64,000 nt of DNA. It comes from Nannocystis bainbridge (GTDB lineage: Bacteria > Myxococcota_A > Polyangia > Nannocystales > Nannocystaceae). The translations under genes were made by a program, and so were the position numbers. The stretch's first letter is position 1, and each line of letters begins with the position of its first letter. The stretch spans positions 2,752,001 to 2,816,000 of the forward strand of contig NZ_JAQNDL010000003.1 of assembly GCF_028368995.1 (NCBI RefSeq). Direction: 5' to 3'. The notes beneath the pieces are model-generated. The model was not told the origin of the DNA. It was given only the letters and a program-made list of their open reading frames with translations, and searched no databases. Positions 50,514 through 61,636 of this stretch are shown piece by piece.

Positions 50514-51539
50514 ATGGAATACCGACGACTCGGAGCATCCGGTCTCAAGGTCCCCGTGCTGAGCTTCGGCACTGGCACCTTCGGCGGCGTGGGCAAGCTG
50601 TTCAGCGCCTGGGGCGACACCGACGTGTCGGCCGCGCGGCGGCTCGTCGACATCTGCCTCGACGCTGGCGTCACCCTGTTCGACAGCGCCGACGTCTATT
50701 CGGCCGGCGCCGCCGAGTCGATCCTCGGCCAGGCGATCAAGGGTCGGCGCGACCGCCTGCTGATCTCGACCAAGGCCACCTTTCGCAGCGGTGAGGGTCC
50801 CAACGACGTCGGCAGCTCGCGCTTCCACCTGATCCAGAGCGTCGAGGCCGCGCTCAAGCGGCTCGGCACCGACCGCATCGACCTGTTCCAGCTCCACGGC
50901 TTCGACGCCGTCACCCCCGTCGAGGAGGTGCTCTCGACCCTCGACGACCTCGTGCGGGCCGGCAAGCTGCGCTACGTCGGTTGCAGCAATTTCTCCGGCT
51001 GGCACCTGATGAAGTCGCTGGCGGTCGCCGACCGCTACGGCTATCCGCGCTACGTCGCCCACCAGGCCTATTATTCGCTGATCGGCCGTGAATACGAGCA
51101 CGAGCTCATGCCGCTCGGCCTCGATCAGGGCGTCGGCGCGGTCGTGTGGAGCCCGCTCGGCTGGGGTCGGCTCACCGGCAAGATCCAGCGCGGCAAGCCG
51201 CTGCCGAAGGACAGCCGCCTGCACGGTTCTGCCGAGTTCGGACCCCCGGTCAGCGACGACCATCTCTTCCGCGTGCTCGACGCCGTCGAGGAGATCGCCC
51301 GCGAGACCGGCAAGACGGTGCCGCAGGTGGCAATCAATTGGTTGCTGCAGCGGCCGACCGTCGCCACCGTCGTGCTCGGCGCCCGCACCGAGGAGCAGCT
51401 CGAGCAGAACCTCGGCGCGATCGGCTGGAATCTCTCGCCGGAGCAGGTTGCCCGGCTCGACGCCGCCAGCGACCAGACGCCCGCTTACCCCTACTGGCAC
51501 CAGCGCGGCTTCGTCGAGCGCAACCCTCCGCCGGTCTAG
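50514..51539 (+). CDS. Aldo/keto reductase
   Basis: MEYRRLGASGLKV, FDSADVYS, LISTK, IDLFQLH, GCSNF and WSPLGWGRL. Confidence 0.95.
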   Translation: MEYRRLGASGLKVPVLSFGTGTFGGVGKLFSAWGDTDVSAARRLVDICLDAGVTLFDSADVYSAGAAESILGQAIKGRRDRLLISTKATFRSGEGPNDVGSSRFHLIQSVEAALKRLGTDRIDLFQLHGFDAVTPVEEVLSTLDDLVRAGKLRYVGCSNFSGWHLMKSLAVADRYGYPRYVAHQAYYSLIGREYEHELMPLGLDQGVGAVVWSPLGWGRLTGKIQRGKPLPKDSRLHGSAEFGPPVSDDHLFRVLDAVEEIARETGKTVPQVAINWLLQRPTVATVVLGARTEEQLEQNLGAIGWNLSPEQVARLDAASDQTPAYPYWHQRGFVERNPPPV

Positions 51540-51604
51540 CGCGCCGGCGCCCCGGGGCAAACATGCCCCGCGACCGGGCGGGGCGGACGTGCGAGCATCC
51601 CCGC

Positions 51605-52051
51605 ATGCAAGAGTGGCTCTACCGCGCGAGCAATGCCAAGGCCGACGCCGCCAAGACCCAGACCATCGTCGACGACTTCGGCTTCATCTGCCGCAGCGCC
51701 TACGCTGACGTGGCCAACGCGCAGATGATCGCCAACGTCGCCAAGGTCGACTTCGGCGACATCATCCACCTCTACTTCATCGACGGCGAGGGCGGCGGCC
51801 GCTCGCTCGGCGCCTACCGCGTCGTCGGTCCCCACAAGCACCCGCGCGGCGCCCTGTTCGGCGCCGCCGTCCCCAAGACCAAGCTGCGCACCGTCGCCGA
51901 CGACGAGCTGCGCGACGTCCTGCGGCCGGACTACGCCGTCGACCCGCGCATCGGCGAGTTCTGCGGCTGGCCCGTCATCCGCGACGAGCAGCCCTCGCCG
52001 AGCTACGTCAAGGACCTGTTCTCCGGCCGCAACACCCTCGTCCCGCGCTGA
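51605..52051 (+). CDS. Hypothetical protein, possible EVE/PUA-like fold
   Basis: High-GC3 coding pattern; NVAKVDFGDIIHLYF...LGAYRVV resembles the EVE/ASCH core. Confidence 0.7.
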   Translation: MQEWLYRASNAKADAAKTQTIVDDFGFICRSAYADVANAQMIANVAKVDFGDIIHLYFIDGEGGGRSLGAYRVVGPHKHPRGALFGAAVPKTKLRTVADDELRDVLRPDYAVDPRIGEFCGWPVIRDEQPSPSYVKDLFSGRNTLVPR

Positions 52052-52080
52052 CGGCAGACCTTCGGCTCGAATCCCCCGGC

Positions 52081-52101
52081 CGCGCGGCGCTCCGCCGCGC
52101 G
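52081..52101. terminator. GC-rich hairpin between convergent genes
   Basis: CGCGCGGCG-CTC-CGCCGCGCG perfect 9-bp stem. Confidence 0.5.
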
Positions 52102-52105
52102 CTTC

Positions 52106-52549
52106 TCACATGTCCGTAGCGACATGCCCGACGGGACATGTCGCAACGGACACATCATCTCTCCGTCCCCGCGCCTGCAAGTCCGCCAGCACCTTCCCCG
52201 CCCACCTCATGAACGCCTGCCCTCGCGCCGCCGTCGGGTCGACCTTCGCCTCCACGCGCAGCCACGCCGCGTCGGTCCGCAGCGAAAAACTCAGCCCTGT
52301 CCCGTCGCTGCTCGGCATCGTCGCCGCGAACGCCTTCGCCCCGCGCTCCGCCTGCGCGGCCGCCTCGGGCGATCCGAAGCGCAGGCCCACGTGGAGCGGC
52401 ATCACCTGCGGGCTGCCGGAGGCGCCCATCGTCGTCGCCAGCGTGAAGCCCGTGCTGCTGGGCGCTGTCGTGGCCACCGTCCCGTAGTCGCGCAGCCCGG
52501 CGCCCCACGCCCCCAGCGACCGGTCGACCGCGGCCACCATCTTCACCAT
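52106..52549 (-). CDS. Hypothetical protein (start uncertain; 3' end runs through the 14-bp array)
   Basis: ORF with plausible codon usage; no recognisable motif. Confidence 0.4.
   Translation of the reverse strand: MVKMVAAVDRSLGAWGAGLRDYGTVATTAPSSTGFTLATTMGASGSPQVMPLHVGLRFGSPEAAAQAERGAKAFAATMPSSDGTGLSFSLRTDAAWLRVEAKVDPTAARGQAFMRWAGKVLADLQARGRRDDVSVATCPVGHVATDM
52108..52152. repeat. 14-bp-phased array of the TGTC-N6-GACA motif (3 units)
   Basis: TGTC-CGTAGC-GACA / TGCC-CGACGG-GACA / TGTC-GCAACG-GACA at 52111, 52125 and 52139. Confidence 0.88.
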
Positions 52550-52742
52550 CTCGGGGCTCGGCGGTCCGCTCGCGCCCCGGCCGCCGCCTCGCTGACCCTG
52601 GCGGCGCGCCGACGTACCACGCCGCTGCGGCGCGTTATCGCGCCGCGTGCGTCCTGCCGCATCGATGAGGCGCCGGTGAACACGAGTTCACCGCCTTCGC
52701 CTCGATCTGTCGGCCGGTTCGTGTCGCTAACAGGACCCGCTT

Positions 52743-53225
52743 ATGCCTGCGCCGAAGCTTTTGCTCGTCGTCCCGCCCGCGACCGTCCTCGCCCACGCAG
52801 CCGCTCGATTTCCCGCCGATCCCGCCGCTCGTCTTCGTTTTCGCGCCGACGCCGACCAGCCCGATTGCTTCTACATCGAAGTCCACTCCGGCGCCTCGCC
52901 GCGCGCCTATCGAGTGTGTGTCTCGCCTGCTCCTGGCGGCTCGCAGCTCGAGTTTCCGCCCGACCTCGGTGACGCTGCCAGCGCCGTCACCGCCGTCTTC
53001 GTCGTCGGCCTCGTCGCTGCCACCTGGCACAGCCTCGGCTTCCTCTCCTTGCTGCTCGCTCTCCCCTCCGCCGTGCTCCTGCGCGTCGCCGCCGAATCGG
53101 CCGCCAGCCGGGCCGAGCAGAGCGAGGTCTTCGCCGCCCTCGTCACCGCCTTCGAGCCCCTGCGCGGCCCTGGCTTCCCGTACCGCGCCGTCCGCGACAC
53201 CCGCCCCCTGCGCAGCGGCGCCTGA
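52743..53225 (+). CDS. Hypothetical two-TM membrane protein
   Basis: Hydrophobic hairpin AVTAVFVVGLVAATWHSLGFLSLLLALPSAVLL; C-terminal PYR motif. Confidence 0.55.
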   Translation: MPAPKLLLVVPPATVLAHAAARFPADPAARLRFRADADQPDCFYIEVHSGASPRAYRVCVSPAPGGSQLEFPPDLGDAASAVTAVFVVGLVAATWHSLGFLSLLLALPSAVLLRVAAESAASRAEQSEVFAALVTAFEPLRGPGFPYRAVRDTRPLRSGA

Positions 53226-53492
53226 CCTCGCTGGATCCGCGCCGGGGCGGCGGCGCTCGTATCGCCTCCTGCCAGCATTCGATCCGCGTGATTTTTTCAC
53301 AGCTCATCCGCGCCTTCGCACATCGCGGGCCCGGACCCACAGCACGTCTATTTTCCTCGATGCGAGTCATCCGGCGGACGACCTCGAGCGGCGCGCATCG
53401 GCCCATCACACCTCGATGTCCCCTGACGCGAATCATCACACCGCGGCCGGCTCGACCGCGACTCCCCGCAATCACCACACCGCCGCCTCCGC

Positions 53493-54137
53493 TCATTCGC
53501 CTGCCACCCCCGACACCGCCACGAACTCGCGCTCGCTGTCGGAGTACGCCAGCTTCTTCGCCCACGTCGTCGGCAGCTCGCCCACCGCTGCGCGCGCGAT
53601 CGACCGGGCCGTCACCACGAAACCGGCCCGCGCGTACGCCTGCACCAGCGCAGTCGCCCGGCCTTCGCCGCCCAGCCCTGGCAGCGCCTGGACCGCCAGC
53701 GGATCGCCGGGTCCGTAGCCGAACACCACCTGCACGGCCGCTCCTGGCTTGCACAGCCCGCGCAGCCGCGAGAGCCCGTCCGCCTCCGGCAGCGCCACCG
53801 CCCGCAGCAGCGAGCCCCACGGCAGCAGCACCGTCAGCGCGTCCGCCAGCCCGGCCAGCTCGCCCGGCGCCCGCTCCAGCGGCAGCACCCCGAACAGCGC
53901 GTTCGTCAGCCCGCCGCGGGCCGGCTTGGCCGCCGCCCGGCGCGACGGCTCGCGCAGCCCCTCCGCGCTCGCGTCGATCCCGATCACCAGCGTCGACGGC
54001 TCGCAGCGCGCGCGGCGGAGCGCGAACGCCCCATCACCTGTCCCGAAGTCCAGGTGCACCGCGCGGTGACGGGCCGCCAGCTCGGCCAGTCATCAACGGT
54101 CGACCCAGTGTTCTTTTTTGCCTTCGACCCGGTGCAT
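53493..54137 (-). pseudogene. 16S rRNA m1A1408 methyltransferase-like gene (KamB/NpmA/Kmr family) interrupted by in-frame TGA-TGA at codons 15-16
   Basis: MHRVEGKKEHWVDR**LAELAARHRAVHLDFGTGDG...GIDA...KPARGGLTN...LLPWGSLL...TTWAKKL; stops at 54090-54095. Confidence 0.8.
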
Positions 54138-54223
54138 CGTCGCCCCAACCGCCTCGCCTCGCGCCCTATTCCGGGCCCTTCGACCCCGCGAGTTCGGCCC
54201 ACCGGCCACGCGGTGTGTCCCCG

Positions 54224-54940
54224 CTACGACGACTCGTTGCCCGTCGACCCGAGCCGCAGCCCGCGGCACGCCAGCACCAGCTTCGCTCGCTGCGAGCCCT
54301 CCGCGCTGGCTTCCACGCGTTCGACGTCGATCCCCGCGATCTTGAATTCCACCCGCGCCAGCACGGGTCCGGACTCGGCGGCCAGGTACTCGAGCGCGCC
54401 CTCGCGATCGACCAGCGACTCCGCCGCCTCCCAGTCCGCCTCGCCCTCGATCGCCAGCTTGACCCGCTGCAGCCCGCGGCGGCCCAGCGTGATCGTCAGC
54501 GCATCGATCTCGGCCACCGGTTGCGGCGCGGGTCCGTGCAGGTGCACCCGGCAGCCTGCGATCGTCGGCGGCTCGCCGCGCGCCTCGGCCCTCGCCGCGC
54601 CGCCCTGCATCTCCGCCTTCTTCGCCTCGACCTCGATCCACAGCGCGCCCACGCCCTCGGCGTCGACCGACGGCAGACCTAGCTCGACCACTCGCGCCCC
54701 GGCGAGCGCCAGCCGCTCGACCTCGCGCCCCTCCTCGTCGAACGCCACGATCGCCGCGTCGCGCCGCTCGTCGTAGAGGCTGCCCTCGACCCACTCCCAG
54801 AACAGCGGCTCCGGCTCGATCAGCAGCGCTCCGTGCCGCTCGCGGAGCCACGGGTTCACGTCGAAGAAACCGTCGCCCGGCGCCCGCACCCAGCCTGCGT
54901 GCAGCGTCTCGTCGAGCTCCAGCGCGTATCGCTTCGCCAT
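54224..54940 (-). CDS. Divergent phage tail-tube (gp19-like) tandem-domain protein, orphan
   Basis: YALELD..AGWV, FWEWV...RRDAAIVAFDEEGREVERL...LGLPSVDA and REGALEYL...VLARVEF...RAKLVLAC resemble tube proteins of contractile injection systems (recognised by eye). Confidence 0.6.
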   Translation of the reverse strand: MAKRYALELDETLHAGWVRAPGDGFFDVNPWLRERHGALLIEPEPLFWEWVEGSLYDERRDAAIVAFDEEGREVERLALAGARVVELGLPSVDAEGVGALWIEVEAKKAEMQGGAARAEARGEPPTIAGCRVHLHGPAPQPVAEIDALTITLGRRGLQRVKLAIEGEADWEAAESLVDREGALEYLAAESGPVLARVEFKIAGIDVERVEASAEGSQRAKLVLACRGLRLGSTGNESS

Positions 54941-55070
54941 CCGCCCCGCCTCTCGTGGCCAGGGTACCACGCTCTGCCGCGGGCGAGCGCGCGCCCGCGT
55001 GCTCCATTCCGCGCTGTGACGGCGGACCGGGCCGCCGGCTAGTGCCATTCGCGCCCGGACTTCCACTTCC

Positions 55071-55101
55071 GCATGTCCCGAGCGACATGTCCGAACAAAC
55101 C
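55071..55101. repeat. 14-bp-phased TGTC-N6-GACA doublet
   Basis: GCA-TGTC-CCGAGC-GACA-TGTC-CGAACA-AACC. Confidence 0.8.
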
Positions 55102-55103
55102 CA

Positions 55104-55310
55104 TCAACCGCGACGCGGCTTCTTCTCGATCACCCGGAACGTCACCCGCACCTTGCCCGGCCCGAGCGAGCGGCGCGCGTCCATGGCCAGGATCTGCCCC
55201 TGTTCGGCCTCGTGGGCGGCCCGAAACGCCGTAATTTGCGCGTCGAACTCGGCGTCGCTGGTGAACGCGAAGTCGTGGTTCAGGGTGATCTTCTCCGGCT
55301 TCTTCGGCAC
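55104..55310 (-). CDS. Small hypothetical protein (68 aa)
   Basis: GAGGA RBS before GTG; MPKKPEKITLNHDFAFTSDAEFDAQI...VRVTFRVIEKKPRRG; high GC3. Confidence 0.7.
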   Translation of the reverse strand: MPKKPEKITLNHDFAFTSDAEFDAQITAFRAAHEAEQGQILAMDARRSLGPGKVRVTFRVIEKKPRRG

Positions 55311-55609
55311 CCGTCGTCCTCGCGGCGAACGTAGCCGCCGGCGTAAAACCGCGCAAGCACCTTGCCCGCGATCACGCGCTGCCGAGAATCGGGCCGCTGC
55401 GGCGTACACCGGGGCTGCGGTCATGACAATGCATTTCTCACGGTGTTATCAATCGCCTCGCGGGCGGTCGCTGCGCGATCGTCCGGCGAATGAACGAATG
55501 TCCGGACTGGCGCCGCGGCGGACCGTCTGCGCCGGGCGATCCCGCCGGCCTCGGCCGCGATGCTGCAGCGCACAGCCTGCCGGTCCGCATGCCCGTCAAG
55601 GATCGGAGC

Positions 55610-57294
<1,685 letters not shown>

Positions 57295-57298
<4 letters not shown>

Positions 57299-58662
57299 TC
57301 ATGCGACCCTCCACCCTCAATCGTCGTACCTTCCTCCGCGGCGCCGGCGGGGCCTGCCTCGCGCTGCCGCTGCTCGACATCATGCACGGCTGCGACAGCC
57401 CGACCGCCGGCGTGCTCCCGCAGCAGTTCCGCGGCAAGGGCGGGCCCAAGCGGTTCGTCGTGTTCTGGACCCCGAACGGCACCATCATGAAGGACTGGCG
57501 GCCGAGCGGCAGCGCCGACGCGTACACCTTCGGGCGGATCCTCCAGCCGCTCGAGCCGCACAAGCAGGACGTGCTGGTCCTCGACGGTGTCGACGAGCTC
57601 TCCGCCTACAAGGGCCCCGGCGACGCCCACCAGAAGGGCACCGGCCAGGGCCTCACCGGCACCGAATTGCAGGAGGGTGATTTCGCCGGCGCCGACGGCC
57701 TCTCGGCCGGCTGGGCCGACGGCATCTCCGTCGATCAAGCGATCGCCGACGCCATCGGCAACGACACCAAATTCCGCTCGCTCGAGTTCGGCGTCCACGT
57801 CTACGGCGCCAACGTCGGCTCGCGGATCTCCTACCGCGGCCCCGCCCAGCCGATCCCGCCCGAGAACGACCCCACCGCCGCCTTCGACCGCATCTTCGGC
57901 GACCTCGAGAGCGACCCGGCCGCCCAGGCGCGCAAGATCGCCGAGCGCAAGATCGTCCTCGACGCCGTCGCCGACGACTACCAGCGCCTGATCAAGAAGG
58001 TCGGCGCCGCCGACAAGATCAAGCTCGACGCCCACCTCGCCGCCGTGCGCGACATCGAGATGCGGCTCGAGACCGGCAGCACGATCGGCGGCGCCTGCCA
58101 GCCGCCGGTGCTCGGCGACATCGCGGACCCGAGCAAGGTCGGCAACATCCCCGCCACCGGCAAGCTGCAGATGGACCTGCTGGCGATGGCGCTCGCCTGT
58201 GACTTGACCCGCGTCGCCTCGCTCATGTGGATGAACAGCGCCACTGCCAAGCCGTTCCCGTGGCTCGACATCCCCGAGGGTCACCACGAGCTGGCGCACC
58301 GCGGCGACGGCGACGCCGACGCCCAGGAGAAGCTGACCCTGATCAACATCTGGTACTGCCAGCAGTTCGCCTACCTGATCGAGCGGCTCAAGGCGATCCC
58401 CGAGGGCGACGGCACCGTCCTCGACAACACCCTGCTGATTTGGGTCAACGAGCACCAGAAGGGCAACGACCACGACCGCCACGAGATCCCGTACGTCCTC
58501 GCGGGCAAGGCCGCTGGCGCCATGAAGCCCGGGCGCTGGCTGCAGGTCGAGGGCGACGTCCCGCACAACAACTTGCTCGTCGGCTGCATGAACGCCATGG
58601 GCCTCGAGGCCACCACCTTCGGCAACCCGAAGTATTGCAATGGCGCGCTCGGCCTCGCGTGA
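57295..58662 (+). CDS. DUF1552-family Tat-exported protein
   Basis: LNRRTFLRGAG...LPLL twin-arginine signal; KRFVVFWTPNG, SVDQAIA, ALACDLTRVA, GHHELAH and TVLDNT. Confidence 0.92.
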
Positions 58663-58671
58663 GCACCTCCG

Positions 58672-58699
58672 GCGGTGGCGGTAGAGCCTCCGCCACCGC
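58672..58699 (+). terminator. Hairpin just after the DUF1552 gene
   Basis: GCGGTGGCGG-N8-CCGCCACCGC perfect 10-bp stem; no U-tract. Confidence 0.5.
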
Positions 58700-59064
58700 G
58701 CGCGGGCGGACCGCCCGGGCGCGGCGGCTCTGTCCGCCATCCTGGTGCGCCCGCGGTCCTCACCTGCGCACGCGAATCGGGCCTCTCGCGCGCAGATCGC
58801 CGGCGCGCGAGACACGGGCCCCCCTGCGTGCTACCGTGGTCCGTCTTGTTCACGAACTGCGACGGACTGCGGCGAAGAAGCCCCGAATCGTCGCATGTTC
58901 GACAAATTCACGGTCTGCTCGCCGCACCGGCGCCGCCTGACGGCCCTGGCCGGGCTCGACCGCAGGGTTCGCGCGGACGGGCCGGTCGTGAGCGACCGCC
59001 GGCGCGCGGCCTGGGCCGAGCTCGTCCCTGCCCGGCACACCGCCCGCGCGGGCAGGCCTGAGCG

Positions 59065-59505
59065 ATGCAGATCAACGGACTCTCACTCCCTGGCGCATTG
59101 ACCCGGGCGATCGGCGAGCGGCGGTGGCGCCGTCCCGCGGTCGAAGCCCTGCGCCGCGTCTTCCGCGAGAGCCCGGTCCGGGTCCAGCTCTACGACCTCG
59201 AGGCCATGCAGGCCGCCAACCAGCGGTGGTTGGCCGAGAAGGATCCCGCCTACCTGGGTCACTCGGACGACAAGAAGCCGCCGGGCAACATCGACCCCGC
59301 GACCTCGCTGCTGCTCGGGCATCTCGGCCCCCACATGCCGTTCGCGCTCGACTATCGCGTCTCCGGCGAACGGCCCCGGGTCCTGTACCTCCACTCCGGC
59401 GGCGACCAGTGGATCACCGTCGCCGGCGACATCGAACAACTGCTGGCCCGCCTGCAGCTCGACAGGCCGCCGACCGACGACGACGAGACCCCGCGCGTGC
59501 GCTAG
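59065..59505 (+). CDS. SMI1/KNR4 (SUKH)-like immunity protein
   Basis: INGLSLP, PGNIDP, LLLG...PFALDYR...PRVLY...WITVAGDIEQLL. Confidence 0.72.
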   Translation: MQINGLSLPGALTRAIGERRWRRPAVEALRRVFRESPVRVQLYDLEAMQAANQRWLAEKDPAYLGHSDDKKPPGNIDPATSLLLGHLGPHMPFALDYRVSGERPRVLYLHSGGDQWITVAGDIEQLLARLQLDRPPTDDDETPRVR

Positions 59506-59797
59506 CGCGGCGGCCCGCCCGCGGTCCCCTCGCGCACGCTCCCGAGGACCTGGCCGCGTTGCCATCGCCGCGGTCCCGTGCTATCTCCTCGCAGTCATTC
59601 GTTTCTGGCGCACTTGCACGCTCGGGCCTTTGGTCGACTTCGCGTCGCCCGATTGTCATGGGGTTCATTTCCGGCGACGTTGATGGAGCAGCACCAGACC
59701 TTGCTGCGATCTTCGTTCGAGCGCAGGCTCATCGACCGAAAATTTCCCAACACCGGCGCCTCGCGCCGAGAGCCCGATCCAAAGACGAATCACGACA

Positions 59798-60181
59798 ATG
59801 GGTAACCGACTCTTCGTAGGCAACCTCTCCTTCCAGATCACCGACAGCGACCTCCAGCAGGCGTTTCAGCCGTACGGCGCGGTCAAAGAGGTCAAGCTGA
59901 TGACCGACCGCGAGACCGGGCGCTCGCGCGGCTTCGCGTTCGTGGAGATGACGAGCGACGCTGACGCCAAGCGCGCCATCGAGGCGCTTCACGGCGCGTC
60001 CCTCGACGGCCGCCCGCTGCGGGTGTCCGAGGCGGAAGACCGTCGCTCGGGCGGCGGCGGCGGCGGCGGTGGCTACGGCGGTGGTGGCGGCGGCGGCGGT
60101 TACGGCGGCGGCGGCGGTGGCGGCGGTTACGGCGGCGGCGGCGGTGGTCGCAAGCCGAACCGTGGCGGCGACCGCTACTAG
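59798..60181 (+). CDS. RRM RNA-binding protein with Gly-rich tail
   Basis: RNP2 LFVGNL, RNP1 RGFAFVEM and GGGGY repeats. Confidence 0.96.
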   Translation: MGNRLFVGNLSFQITDSDLQQAFQPYGAVKEVKLMTDRETGRSRGFAFVEMTSDADAKRAIEALHGASLDGRPLRVSEAEDRRSGGGGGGGGYGGGGGGGGYGGGGGGGGYGGGGGGRKPNRGGDRY

Positions 60182-60190
60182 GCATCGAGT

Positions 60191-60215
60191 CGCTGCGCCC
60201 GTCAGGGGCGCAGCG
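60191..60215. terminator. Hairpin after the RRM gene
   Basis: CGCTGCGCCC-GTCAG-GGGCGCAGCG perfect 10-bp stem between convergent genes. Confidence 0.6.
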
Positions 60216-60319
60216 TGATCGTTTCGCCGTGCGAGCCCTGGCGACCTGATCGAGGTCTCCCTGGTTCGCCGGCGTGGCAGCGTCCATGACGCTGACCGAG
60301 CGCCGGCGCCTCGCGGACC

Positions 60320-61501
60320 TCAGTCGTCCGCGGAGCGCGTGAGCGTCGGTCCAGCGCCGGCCACGACATCGATCGCCGGGTCGACGCCGAACAGCGTCGC
60401 GTGGTGGATCCACCACACCCAGCACAGCATGCCGAACGGCAGGTACCCGAAGTACCCCAGCAGCGGCATCTCGTACACGTGCAGCACGTTCACGTACGGC
60501 ACGTCGTACTTCCAGAAGTTGGGGTTCTGCGGCGTGCCGTAATAGTTCCACATCTCGCCGACCAGGTAGTTGAGCGCGCACGCCAGCCCGATCAGCACCA
60601 CCGGCGCCCAGTTGCCGCGGCGGATCGCCGAGAAGGGCGTCCACCCGCCCGCCAGCGACACCGACGTCGAAAGCACGACGAGCGGGCTGAGCCACAGCAG
60701 CGGGAACAGCGGCGCCGGCCACAGCACCAGCGCCGCCAGCGAGCCGACGCCGACCCATGACAGGCGTCGCACCGTCGCGCGCGACAGCTCGACCCGCGGC
60801 CCGCGCTCGAACCGGGCCCGCAGCGGCGCGATCGTCGTCAGCAATTGATAGACCACGAAGATCGACGGCAGCACCGTCGTGAACGCCAGGCCGAACCACA
60901 GCAGATAGCCGGCCTGCGAGAAGATCGCGTCGTTGGGGTAGTACCAGTTCGAGCGCGTGAAGTAATTGAGGTACTCGAAGAAGTACCAGCACACGCACGA
61001 GGTCGCGGCGATCGCCAGCACCGCGCCCGGCCGGCGCGACACCAGTGAGGCCCCGCCGGTGCGGCGATAGACCACGCCGTCGAGCGCGAGGATGAAGCCC
61101 CACCACAGCGGCACGAAGCTGAACGGCACCAGCGGCGCGGCCGCCTGCGGCAGCTCGCCCCACATCAGCGCCCACGAGGCCATCGCCAGCAGCGCCCCCG
61201 GCACGCACCACGGCGGCAGCCGGACCGGACGCACGCGCGGCCCCTCGCTCGGCGCCGGCGGGGCGAAGCCGAACCGCTGCGGCGCCGCCAGGAACGAGAG
61301 GATGCCCAGCGCCAGCGCCACGCCGAGGCCGAACACCAGCCCGCTGAAGCCCGGCACGTCGGGGCTCTTAGGCGGCGGGAACGTGCCCCAGGTATCCGGC
61401 ATGTCGCCGTGGACCAGCAGGCGGGTGGCGAGCGGCGTCGCCACCAGGGCGAGCAGACCGAGGACGAGCGGCAGCTTGCGGACCTTCGCGGACAGCGTCA
61501 C
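60320..61501 (-). CDS. Conserved-looking polytopic membrane protein
   Basis: FVPLWWGFILALDG, WYFFEYLN...NWYYP, EMWNY and YEMPLLGYFGYLPFG; many TM helices. Confidence 0.8.
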   Translation of the reverse strand: MTLSAKVRKLPLVLGLLALVATPLATRLLVHGDMPDTWGTFPPPKSPDVPGFSGLVFGLGVALALGILSFLAAPQRFGFAPPAPSEGPRVRPVRLPPWCVPGALLAMASWALMWGELPQAAAPLVPFSFVPLWWGFILALDGVVYRRTGGASLVSRRPGAVLAIAATSCVCWYFFEYLNYFTRSNWYYPNDAIFSQAGYLLWFGLAFTTVLPSIFVVYQLLTTIAPLRARFERGPRVELSRATVRRLSWVGVGSLAALVLWPAPLFPLLWLSPLVVLSTSVSLAGGWTPFSAIRRGNWAPVVLIGLACALNYLVGEMWNYYGTPQNPNFWKYDVPYVNVLHVYEMPLLGYFGYLPFGMLCWVWWIHHATLFGVDPAIDVVAGAGPTLTRSADD

Positions 61502-61581
61502 CCGCGACCCATACCACGCCCCTCGCCGCCCCGCGACCGCGCGCGAACGCACCGCGCGCAGGCGCGAGCGAACACAGTCAA

Positions 61582-61630
61582 CAATGACCCGAAGGACATG
61601 CCCTTTCGAGCATGTACTTTCGAGCATATC
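61582..61630. repeat. 14-bp-phased array of TGTC-N6-GACA variants (3 units)
   Basis: TGAC-CCGAAG-GACA / TGCC-CTTTCG-AGCA / TGTA-CTTTCG-AGCA at 61585, 61599 and 61613. Confidence 0.8.
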
Positions 61631-61636
61631 AGCGCC

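Noticed and set aside
52108-52152. Array junctions GGACATGTCC resembling the p53 half-site RRRCWWGYYY, and CTGT-N8-ACAG resembling the E. coli SOS box
   Set aside because: The p53 match is a by-product of GACA+TGTC abutting in bacterial DNA. The LexA reading fits poorly because most sites are intragenic or at gene 3' ends, lack the AT-rich spacer, and no clean copy lies upstream of the repair gene ogt.
54090-54095. Selenocysteine or genetic-code reassignment explaining TGA-TGA
   Set aside because: TGA is the normal stop for most genes here, the positions are not Cys or Trp in the family as I recall it, and a compensating indel pair explains the sequence more simply.
60048-60148. GGC microsatellite-like tract
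   Set aside because: It is simply the Gly-rich tail of the RRM protein.
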